From: Planctomycetota bacterium
GTDB lineage: Bacteria; JAJVIF01; JAPKYR01
Direction of reading: 5' to 3'
DNA: 64,000 bases
Assembly (NCBI GenBank): GCA_030614715.1
Contig: JAUWTM010000001.1
Location: forward strand, 29,661-93,660
Position 1 is the first letter of the stretch. Each line of letters opens with the position of its first letter. This document shows positions 19,132 through 26,312 of this stretch, piece after piece. Made by a program: the position numbers and the translations under genes. The notes beneath the pieces are model-generated. The model did no database searches and was not told the DNA's origin. It saw only the letters and a list, made by a program, of their open reading frames with translations.

Positions 19132-19992
19132 TCACTGAGCTGTTACTTTGTATGCTGCAAGTTCCTCGTCGAATGATCCCTCAGAGCCGTGTATGACCTC
19201 CCCGCAATCGGGAGAGCCATCTAATGGATCGGGATTTGTGTAATCGGCCGACAGCGCATCGCCGCGTTTCTGGAAATCGAGAGCGGTGGCGCAGTCTCCC
19301 CAGCTGCCCGCGACGGCGAAGCTGACCAGGAATTCTCGCGTCAGATCCGTGTCGTTCAGCCAGTCCACCGATTCCCTGTAGATCCTGTTGGTGTTACCAG
19401 ATTCTCCGTAGGTGTCGAAGACGTCATCCCACGGCACTACAACACAGTCATGCGACAGGTCATTCTCTCCGGTCCCCGCATTTCCGGAGTAGTACCCGAA
19501 CCATTCAAGGTACGGTGCTCCATCCCGATCGAGTTCGATGTCCGGGTCGTCGGACGGATTCAGGCGATACGCCTCCTCGGTCAGCGTGACAGTATCTCCC
19601 GACTGGTTCTCCGACAGTATCCGGCATGCGATCAATCCCGACGGCCAGACTCTCCAGGTCACTTCGATTGGAAAGTCAGTGCTTTCTGAAAGAGATTCAT
19701 TTCTCAGGTATCCTGCCTGCGCAATCTCAACGAACCACTCATTTTCAATTAAAAGATCTAACGTCGTTCCCCCCGACGGATACAGCACTCCACCCTCTAC
19801 TGAACTCGATGTAAAGTACGGATGAAACAGCGTCGGTGGGACCGTCGATGCTTCCACACCTTCGTGCCAGGTTCCATCTGTTTCGTACCGATACGATGAG
19901 ATACCGACATGGTCCTTATCAAACACCAATGTGAACGACTCAGCCTTCAGCGTAAGCGAGTTATCGCCTTCTGTAATTTGAAAACCGGACAT
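19132..19992 (-). CDS. Phage-cluster hypothetical protein
   Basis: 286-aa co-directional ORF; no family recognised. Confidence 0.65.
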   Translation of the reverse strand: MSGFQITEGDNSLTLKAESFTLVFDKDHVGISSYRYETDGTWHEGVEASTVPPTLFHPYFTSSSVEGGVLYPSGGTTLDLLIENEWFVEIAQAGYLRNESLSESTDFPIEVTWRVWPSGLIACRILSENQSGDTVTLTEEAYRLNPSDDPDIELDRDGAPYLEWFGYYSGNAGTGENDLSHDCVVVPWDDVFDTYGESGNTNRIYRESVDWLNDTDLTREFLVSFAVAGSWGDCATALDFQKRGDALSADYTNPDPLDGSPDCGEVIHGSEGSFDEELAAYKVTAQ

Positions 19993-20018
19993 TTTGGGAA
20001 CCTGACCTTCGCTGGTGG

Positions 20019-20459
20019 TTAAATGGTGGTAATTCTCGCCTGGAGATTTGCGTGACGGGGATTCCCGGTGGGCGTATCACCGGAAAGCGTTACGATCCGT
20101 ACCCAGAAGCTCTCAACATCATCAATATCCATGTTTCCGAAAACCACGTCTGATGAGCTGAAGGTACCTGGTGTACCGCTGTTGTCCTCTGCGATCTGAA
20201 CTCTCGTCTTTCCGTCCGAGATGTAGATATTCGCCTCGTCGTCTTCAGACGGATCCGCGTTGAATATCACGTAAAGCCCGGTTGCGAGCTCATTTTCCGT
20301 TGATCCATCAGCTACTATGGTCTTTTCAACCGGATCGTTGCCCTCGTACGATACATCAACCTTTTCCGTATCGGCCTTTACCTTGACATTGAATGTCCCG
20401 ATCGGGGTGGTCAGCATGTACTTCGTTTCCTTAATGCCTCGAATCGGTGTATTGGTCAC
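20019..20459 (-). CDS. Phage-cluster hypothetical protein
   Basis: 146-aa co-directional ORF with a 3-nt gap to the upstream ORF. Confidence 0.65.
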   Translation of the reverse strand: MTNTPIRGIKETKYMLTTPIGTFNVKVKADTEKVDVSYEGNDPVEKTIVADGSTENELATGLYVIFNADPSEDDEANIYISDGKTRVQIAEDNSGTPGTFSSSDVVFGNMDIDDVESFWVRIVTLSGDTPTGNPRHANLQARITTI

Positions 20460-20462
20460 GTT

Positions 20463-20927
20463 TTAGAAATCACCATCGGGGAGAATCCTTATACGGGCAT
20501 CGTAACCGTCGGCATCCCCGATATTTTTGACCCACATCTGCTTGTTGGCGGACTGGTTCCCCGCGACAATGATCCCCGGATTCCACCCGACATATACGAT
20601 CGCCTGGTACGACTGGCCCGTATCGAGATCCGCAACCGCAAGTGTGACACCCGGCACGATGTAATTCACATCGGTTCCATTCGTCGTGACATCGTCCAGG
20701 TGGTACGAGCTTCCATCCACACGGGTCACATCGCAGTCCCAGTGAGAATTCCCAGAGTCGTACGTGAAATCCAGAGTCAATTCATCAGGCGGTGCGTTTC
20801 CGGCACCCTGGTTCGGGGATTCGATCACCGACGCTCCCGACAATGGAGCTCCGGTTGTATTTTCATAGCGTATAAGCGTCTCAACCGTGCATGGTTCGTT
20901 TTCATACACCTTCAATTCTGCTGCCAT
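20463..20927 (-). CDS. Phage-cluster hypothetical protein
   Basis: 154-aa ORF preceded by AGGAGA. Confidence 0.65.
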   Translation of the reverse strand: MAAELKVYENEPCTVETLIRYENTTGAPLSGASVIESPNQGAGNAPPDELTLDFTYDSGNSHWDCDVTRVDGSSYHLDDVTTNGTDVNYIVPGVTLAVADLDTGQSYQAIVYVGWNPGIIVAGNQSANKQMWVKNIGDADGYDARIRILPDGDF

Positions 20928-20982
20928 CTTGATTCTCCTGGTACTTTATCTGATCCGTAGGTTCTTTCTGCAGTAATTAATT

Positions 20983-21029
20983 CGTAGCGCGGGCGTCTCG
21001 CCGGCTGTCTTGCGGACGTCCCGTCCGCA
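20983..21029 (-). repeat. 47-nt double-hairpin intergenic element, identical copy at 22494..22540
   Basis: CGTAGCGCGGGCGTCTCGCCGGCTGTCTTGCGGACGTCCCGTCCGCA occurs twice with 47/47 identity. It contains the 8-bp-stem hairpin TGCGGACG-TCC-CGTCCGCA and a second imperfect hairpin GCGGGCG-TCT-CGCCGGC. It starts 1 nt after the stop of the 21031..21378 ORF. Confidence 0.85.
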
Positions 21030-21030
21030 C

Positions 21031-21378
21031 TTAAACCACAACCAACTCAATCCGAAACGAATACCCCTCGGTCTTCCCGACAATTGGCGACGTCTCGAAG
21101 CCTTTAATCAGCACATCACACTCCGTATAACCGTCATCAAGAACAACACTTGCACCGGTGTCGCAACATCCCTCGAACAGAGTTTCGATCGCATTTTTTA
21201 CCGCGACCGTCATGTACTTTCCGACCAGCACGATGTTCTCGCGTCCCGTGCCCACCGAATGAACGATTCCACGTGCCAGCGTCGATTCAGACGTCACCGG
21301 CAGCTCGCGCTTCAGATCCAGGCTTTCCGGGACAGCATCGAAACTGGTCTCCCCGAGACTGTATGTGATATTCGGCAT
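21031..21378 (-). CDS. Phage-cluster hypothetical protein
   Basis: 115-aa co-directional ORF. Confidence 0.6.
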   Translation of the reverse strand: MPNITYSLGETSFDAVPESLDLKRELPVTSESTLARGIVHSVGTGRENIVLVGKYMTVAVKNAIETLFEGCCDTGASVVLDDGYTECDVLIKGFETSPIVGKTEGYSFRIELVVV

Positions 21379-21393
21379 AGATTTTCACCTTTC

Positions 21394-21756
21394 TTACACT
21401 GCTTCCTCGCAGCTGAGTGCTACATGCTCGATCATCTCTTCGCCAAGTTTGCCCGATATCCGCCATTCCAGTACCTGCGCCTGGTTGTACTGGTGTGTTT
21501 CTCCGTTCTGCTCGAACACCAGCGTCATCGGGTTTCCATCCAGGGCACTGTGAAGCGGGCTCTCCGGCTGGTACCTTCGCTTCACGTGAGCGATGATCCG
21601 TTTTACCGTCGGTAACGTGCGTGCCATTGGCTGATCGAGATAAATCGGAAACGTAAGGCTCTCCCAGCTTTCATCAATGCTCGCTTCAACTACAAACGTA
21701 ATGTTGTCATCTCCGAACGTCATCTTTGCAGTCCGGAATTCCGAAAAATCTACCAT
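21394..21756 (-). CDS. Phage-cluster hypothetical protein
   Basis: 120-aa co-directional ORF. Confidence 0.6.
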   Translation of the reverse strand: MVDFSEFRTAKMTFGDDNITFVVEASIDESWESLTFPIYLDQPMARTLPTVKRIIAHVKRRYQPESPLHSALDGNPMTLVFEQNGETHQYNQAQVLEWRISGKLGEEMIEHVALSCEEAV

Positions 21757-21767
21757 GGGGAAACTCC

Positions 21768-21893
21768 TTAGACCTCAACCAGATCGCGTTTCTCCGGCTT
21801 CTCTTCGGCCATCAGTATTGTTAATTTCTGTTCCAGGTCGGTTAACTCACGGGTTAATTCCTGTAACGTTTCTATGAGGCTATCCAGGCTCAT
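21768..21893 (-). CDS. Small coiled-coil protein (41 aa)
   Basis: Below the track cutoff. ATG at 21893 is preceded by GAGGT ~9 nt upstream. Translation is MSLDSLIETLQELTRELTDLEQKLTILMAEEKPEKRDLVEV. It exactly fills the gap between neighbouring ORFs. Confidence 0.45.
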   Translation of the reverse strand: MSLDSLIETLQELTRELTDLEQKLTILMAEEKPEKRDLVEV

Positions 21894-21920
21894 TTGTTAC
21901 TACCTCGCTTTCAAAAAATA

Positions 21921-22454
21921 TTAGATTTCCGCCACCACGACGATTTCGACATCAATCACGTAGCCCGTAATACGCCCTTCGGCATGCGCATCACCGGAGC
22001 TTTTCCAGACAGTTCCCTCTGAACTCCTACCGCCACCCCAGATTGGTGTAAACGTACCCTTGCCGGGCCTGATGAGCATCGACCCGATCTCAACCGGACT
22101 CTCGGGATCGGCATAGCTGTAGAGTAGTACAGTCACCGTCTCCCCGATGACAACCAGCTTATCGACCATCCCACCCAGTACTGCACGCTGCAGATCGTCC
22201 CTAGTCCATGCGCTTAATTCTGTTCGCAGCACATGGTAGCGACCCTTTTTCTCTGTGTCTTCGTCGATCAATTCGCTCATACCGGTCGACTCAGTCGAGT
22301 ATCCTGAGTATCGGACCGAGTACCACGAGTCAAGGCCTGACGTATCGTACGGATCCTGGTCGAAATTGACCGTTGATCCACTCAGCTCCGTTGACAGGAA
22401 CGCGTTAAACGACCGCTTCATATTGTTGATTATCTGTGATGGGTCTAGAGACAT
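21921..22454 (-). CDS. Phage-cluster protein, possibly a neck or tail-completion type
   Basis: 177 aa, positioned after the connector-sized ORFs. The assignment rests on position and size only. Confidence 0.55.
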   Translation of the reverse strand: MSLDPSQIINNMKRSFNAFLSTELSGSTVNFDQDPYDTSGLDSWYSVRYSGYSTESTGMSELIDEDTEKKGRYHVLRTELSAWTRDDLQRAVLGGMVDKLVVIGETVTVLLYSYADPESPVEIGSMLIRPGKGTFTPIWGGGRSSEGTVWKSSGDAHAEGRITGYVIDVEIVVVAEI

Positions 22455-22476
22455 TTTATATTCCTTGCAATACCTC

Positions 22477-22787
22477 TTCCTTACGATTTCTTACGTAGCG
22501 CGGGCGTCTCGCCGGCTGTCTTGCGGACGTCCCGTCCGCAATCTCAACCAATCCTCCTCGCCAACACCACCCACACCGAAAAACTCCCCATCACCTTCTC
22601 AAGCACCGATTCAACCTCGTGCTCGACCTTTTATTTTCCTTACGATTCCTCACGTAGCGCAGGCTGCCAGCTTGCAGTACCGCGGACAGCATGTCCGCAA
22701 CCTCAACCAATCCTCCTTGCCAACACCACCCACACCGAAAAACTCCCCATCACCTTCTCAAGCACCGATTCAACCTCGTGCTCGACC
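22477..22787. repeat. Tandem 152-bp duplication (period 159 bp) covering the last ~85 nt of the 22703..23095 CDS plus its downstream hairpins
   Basis: Copy 1 is 22477..22628 and copy 2 is 22636..22787. The coding-derived ~90 nt differ at only 2 positions. The hairpin part has diverged: TGCGGACGTCCCGTCCGCA in one copy versus GCGGACAGCATGTCCGC in the other, and both still fold. Confidence 0.9.
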
Positions 22788-23095
22788 CCATTCATCTTAA
22801 TCCGGTCCGTTTCATGTATTGAATCGATAAACTCAAGCCGCAGCCTGTCGGTTTCGATTTCTCCACCCCTGTCGTGTAGCAATCCGTCATCACGACCCAC
22901 CAGGATTGACGGCACTAATGGAATCGTCGTGACGGTAATATCCGGCGATATCATTTTTCCGGGATCTCCACCCGATTCCTCACGCCTGAGAATATCAACC
23001 CTCAGACGTCCGGTCAGCTCCCAGAAGTCGTGCCAGATGTTAAGCGCATCGTGACTTATGTTCTCATCAAGGTGTGGTTCAAGCGGTGCCATCAC
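22703..23095 (-). CDS. Putative head-tail adaptor / head-closure protein
   Basis: 130 aa. The start overlaps the upstream stop (ATGA). The C-terminal pattern DRIKMNGVEHEVESVLEKV resembles phage head-tail joining proteins. This is a weak, position-supported call. Confidence 0.45.
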   Translation of the reverse strand: MMAPLEPHLDENISHDALNIWHDFWELTGRLRVDILRREESGGDPGKMISPDITVTTIPLVPSILVGRDDGLLHDRGGEIETDRLRLEFIDSIHETDRIKMNGVEHEVESVLEKVMGSFSVWVVLARRIG

Positions 23096-23610
23096 ACGAC
23101 CTCCTCCCAGTTAACCTCATCCGACCTCGCTCCGCCCGACTCACTCGCGCCCCTCGCATAAAACCGCCTGGCCACGTCGGCGAGATCCCGTCTGAGACGG
23201 TCGTAATCGATCTTCGCGTCTCCGCGACTCCACGTAACCAGCCTGGACCGATCGGCTACCAGTGATGTCAGGGCTTCACCGGCAGCTAAAGCGAGGTTTC
23301 CGCCGGCTGAATCCAGAAATTCCGTCAGATCCTCATCGGTGAACGCTGCGAATTCGTATTCTGCCCTGATCGAATCGCCGTCGTCTGGCGCGGCTGTAAA
23401 TGTCAGTTTCCCGGTCTGGCAGTCGAGTGTGTAGTCATCGCCTACCGTCTGCGCGACATTTTCCACATATATCACTGCAGTCCCAGACATCACCGGGCAG
23501 TGACGGAGTTTATACACCTTCGTGCTGCCGTCACCTGTTCCGACACGCTCTCCGATCACGATCTGCGGACGGTCGAGTATTTTCAGCCTGAGTTCATTAA
23601 CTGTGGCCAT
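23092..23610 (-). CDS. Phage head-associated hypothetical protein (connector or decoration candidate)
   Basis: 172-aa ORF immediately downstream of the capsid-sized gene. Confidence 0.55.
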   Translation of the reverse strand: MATVNELRLKILDRPQIVIGERVGTGDGSTKVYKLRHCPVMSGTAVIYVENVAQTVGDDYTLDCQTGKLTFTAAPDDGDSIRAEYEFAAFTDEDLTEFLDSAGGNLALAAGEALTSLVADRSRLVTWSRGDAKIDYDRLRRDLADVARRFYARGASESGGARSDEVNWEEVV

Positions 23611-23705
23611 TTCATAACCTCGCTGGTTTTATAAATTCTCCGGCAGGCCCGGAATGAGCCTGCCGGAGATGAAGGGTGAGTGAGTAGTATGGAAGGAGGC
23701 TATTG

Positions 23706-24710
23706 TCAGCTTACAATTGCTCCGTAGAATCCTCGATAATCCAGCACCGCACCGCCGAACACGACCCGGCCCTTGTACCAGATCACATCCCTGTCGAAAT
23801 CCTCCTTGACCAGGATCTCCGGCGTCTCCCGACCGTTCAGGAAACCGATTTCCATGGTCTGGATACTCGACGGTTTCGCGACCAGGTACCAGTTGTTCGA
23901 GTCCGTGAGAAGCGGCTCGACCAGCACTTCGACCATTCCTCTGAGGACGTTCACATCGTTCAGAGAACCTCCCGGCACGAGTGTCGAATTCACAAGTTTC
24001 CGAGCGGTGAATTCAAGTTCCGGGGGTACAAGAAGGAATCCCGGCTCGATTTTGAGCGGATTGCCCTTCTCGCTTGTCTGAGACCGCATCGCGGTGATAC
24101 CGGCTGCAAGCGTGGCCTCGTCTAGCGCTGCCGATCCGATATTGCTGTGGTCGGCATGGATCAGGGCAGTACCATCATAGATAACCGAGTTGTCGCGGAT
24201 GAATCCGATCGCGAAATCGTTGATCGTGTTCTGAGACGCGATTCCCAGCTCACGTCCAATGTTCCTGAACGCGCCCAGGTCATCGTTGATCAGCATCTCC
24301 CAGGTGAAATTCACTCCGCGCTCATACTTCTGCGGTGTGTACGTCACCTTGTAACTTGAGAAATCGCCCTGCTCGTGCTCTCCACCCTCGGGAACGACCT
24401 CGAACCGGTCGGTGTCACTCCTCCGAAGGCGTGTGACGATTTTCATGTCCTTCAGCGGTAACGTCTCGACAATTTTCTGCCAGTTGCCGGACGCAATGTT
24501 GTACGACTTGAGTAGATCGCGCTCAACGCCGGTTGAATCTCCGACAAAATCCGCGAAATCGCTCGTTGTCGCCTCTCTGAGTGTTGACGCTTCGATTAAT
24601 CCCTCGATTGCGTGCTTCTCAAAGTCCGGATCGGCCAGGATCCTCTCGATAAGGCGACCGTAATGTCCCTGTTCACGGGCTTTCTCAGCCCACTGTTTGA
24701 TTAAGCTCAT
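23706..24710 (-). CDS. Putative major capsid protein (HK97-fold type)
   Basis: 334 aa, in the canonical position after protease/scaffold and a DUF2190-like gene. Size and mixed alpha/beta composition fit a capsid protein. No motif-level proof. Confidence 0.6.
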   Translation of the reverse strand: MSLIKQWAEKAREQGHYGRLIERILADPDFEKHAIEGLIEASTLREATTSDFADFVGDSTGVERDLLKSYNIASGNWQKIVETLPLKDMKIVTRLRRSDTDRFEVVPEGGEHEQGDFSSYKVTYTPQKYERGVNFTWEMLINDDLGAFRNIGRELGIASQNTINDFAIGFIRDNSVIYDGTALIHADHSNIGSAALDEATLAAGITAMRSQTSEKGNPLKIEPGFLLVPPELEFTARKLVNSTLVPGGSLNDVNVLRGMVEVLVEPLLTDSNNWYLVAKPSSIQTMEIGFLNGRETPEILVKEDFDRDVIWYKGRVVFGGAVLDYRGFYGAIVS

Positions 24711-24723
24711 TCTGTCCTCCTTA

Positions 24724-25047
24724 TCACGAACCGTAGCTCTGTGCGATCCGGCAGTAGAATTTGTTGTTGGAATCGGACGACGTAACTGCGCGTCCGTAAA
24801 GATCGTTTGCCGTTGATGTCAACGTCAGGTCGTCATTTGAATCGATGTAAATCAGGTCTCCGGCGGTGACACTCGCAAGGGTGAATTCGAAAATCCCCTC
24901 GAGCTGGAAGCTCATCAGGTCTCCGGATGAGACCGTCAGCAGCGCTACACCGTTGAAACCGTCGATCCTGTACGGACTTCCCGACGTGTAGCTTGCCCCT
25001 GCGGTGAGAGTGATTACCTCACCGCGGGAAATATAGTTCTGCGCCAT
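24724..25047 (-). CDS. DUF2190-like small phage head protein
   Basis: 107 aa with the pattern RGEVITLTAG...G.PYRIDGFNGVAL....GD..SFQLEGIFE. Length and position (between protease and capsid) are typical of the DUF2190 family. Confidence 0.6.
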   Translation of the reverse strand: MAQNYISRGEVITLTAGASYTSGSPYRIDGFNGVALLTVSSGDLMSFQLEGIFEFTLASVTAGDLIYIDSNDDLTLTSTANDLYGRAVTSSDSNNKFYCRIAQSYGS

Positions 25048-25098
25048 ATTGGCACCTCTGTTCTGAAATTGGGTATTAGAATTAACGGATGATCGGGA

Positions 25099-26031
25099 TC
25101 AACCGTTCAGCATAAGGCTGATAGTCCTGATCTCTTCCACATCCCGACGCTTCACGTTACCTTTCTCGGATCCCATCCCCTGGATGAGCCCCTCCGATGC
25201 CAGTCCTGCAAGGTAATCGCGTTGTCGCTCTATTAAGCCCGTCACTACGTCCCCGTATGAATCCTCCGATTCAACCTGGAGAGTAAGTGCCTCGGTTAAA
25301 AGGAACTGCCGCGACCTTGCAGGCAGCCTTGAAGCGTCGATCAGGTTACTGGCAGTTACCTCTCTACTGAGCGCGATCCTTCTCCGGTCAAGCTCATCCT
25401 CAAGTGCTTTGATCTCGCTGATGCCTTCATCGTTCTCGTTGAGAAGCTCGTCCCTGACCTGTTCTTTCAGCTTATCGTAAAGATCGGGACGCGCTTCCCT
25501 GAGCTCTGCGGGCTGCAGTTGCTCGAGAAGCTTCAATCCTTCGCAGTAAACCGCACTTTCCTGAAGAACTTTCTCGACCCGTCCACCCGCTGCCGCCCTT
25601 GCGACGAAATCGACCGAATGAGCCTTCGAGATCTCCAGGACCTCCCTGACAACGCGCCCGTCGCGCCTTGAAACCCGTGTCTTACCGAGCGCATTGATAG
25701 ATAGATCCCCGACCAGGTCCTCGCTGATCATTGTCATCAACCAGTCGTGTGCGCGACTTAACCTGATCGTCGCTCTTAACTGACCGTCGTCGGCCCATAC
25801 ATCCTCGATGATCCCGACGACGTCACGCACGCTGCGCTCTGTCTCTCCGGTCTGCGGATGGTCCGCGTAGCACTGCACTCCCTTGAAAACCTCCGTCGAT
25901 GCGTTCACCACATCGGGTGGGTAATATGTTCCGTTCTCCGACAGCCCGGAACAAAGGATGATTCCCTGCACCATGCAGGCATCATGATCAACACGAGCCT
26001 CCTGGAGTTTCGTGATTATCGGTATATTCAT
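25099..26031 (-). CDS. Putative prohead protease / scaffolding fusion protein
   Basis: 310 aa. The N-terminal half (...CYADHP..., GDLSINALGK, SVDFVARAAAGG) resembles HK97-type prohead serine proteases. The C-terminal half is a charged coiled coil (LREARPDLYDKLKEQVRDELLNENDEGISEIKALEDELDRRR), as in scaffolds. Confidence 0.55.
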   Translation of the reverse strand: MNIPIITKLQEARVDHDACMVQGIILCSGLSENGTYYPPDVVNASTEVFKGVQCYADHPQTGETERSVRDVVGIIEDVWADDGQLRATIRLSRAHDWLMTMISEDLVGDLSINALGKTRVSRRDGRVVREVLEISKAHSVDFVARAAAGGRVEKVLQESAVYCEGLKLLEQLQPAELREARPDLYDKLKEQVRDELLNENDEGISEIKALEDELDRRRIALSREVTASNLIDASRLPARSRQFLLTEALTLQVESEDSYGDVVTGLIERQRDYLAGLASEGLIQGMGSEKGNVKRRDVEEIRTISLMLNG

Positions 26032-26094
26032 GTTTTCCTCTTCAGTTTGATTTAATCCGAACTGCAGTCTTGGCTTTCGATATCAATATATTTT

Positions 26095-26170
26095 CCAATG
26101 CCTCCCTCAAGCACATAACGCGATTCACTTTCCTTTCGCGTAGCTGGTGCTTGAGGGTGTTTCATATAAT
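26095..26170 (-). repeat. Structured hairpin element, copy B
   Basis: Stem arms CCCTCAAGCAC (26104-26114) and GTGCTTGAGGG (26147-26157), with a 32-nt loop of the same length as copy A. The loop shares TTCACTTTCC with copy A. Flanks are CCAATGCC and TGTTTCATATAAT. Confidence 0.75.
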
Positions 26171-26210
26171 CTGCAATTCCCTTACCAATCACCTGTAATA
26201 ATTTATAATC

Positions 26211-26289
26211 TCAGTGCCGCCCTCAAGCGTATGATTGCCTGCCAATTCTGCAGTAAAACTCGGGAGCTTGAGGGTGTATCATCTAATGG
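26211..26289 (-). repeat. Structured hairpin element, copy C
   Basis: Stem arms CCCTCAAGC (26220-26228) and GCTTGAGGG (26266-26274), with a 37-nt loop. Flanks are CAGTGCC and TGTATCATCTAATGG. The element begins 24 nt after the portal stop codon. Confidence 0.75.
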
Positions 26290-26312
26290 AGAAGCTTCCT
26301 TAGAATTTATAA

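Noticed and set aside
22477-22787. Diversity-generating retroelement (template/variable repeat pair at the 3' end of a phage gene followed by a hairpin).
   Set aside because: The coding-derived parts of the two copies differ at only two positions, and these are T/C transitions rather than adenine-specific substitutions. No reverse transcriptase or Avd-like gene is present in the window.
22255-23054. Two plus-strand ORFs (22255..22800 and 22521..23054) encode an internally repeated Pro/Ser/Thr-rich peptide (..PTPPTPKNSPSPSQAPIQPRARP.. twice), which could look like a repeat protein.
   Set aside because: The repeated peptide is just the antisense translation of the 152-bp tandem DNA duplication. 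Both ORFs lie antisense to well-packed minus-strand phage genes and have no RBS or plausible start context.
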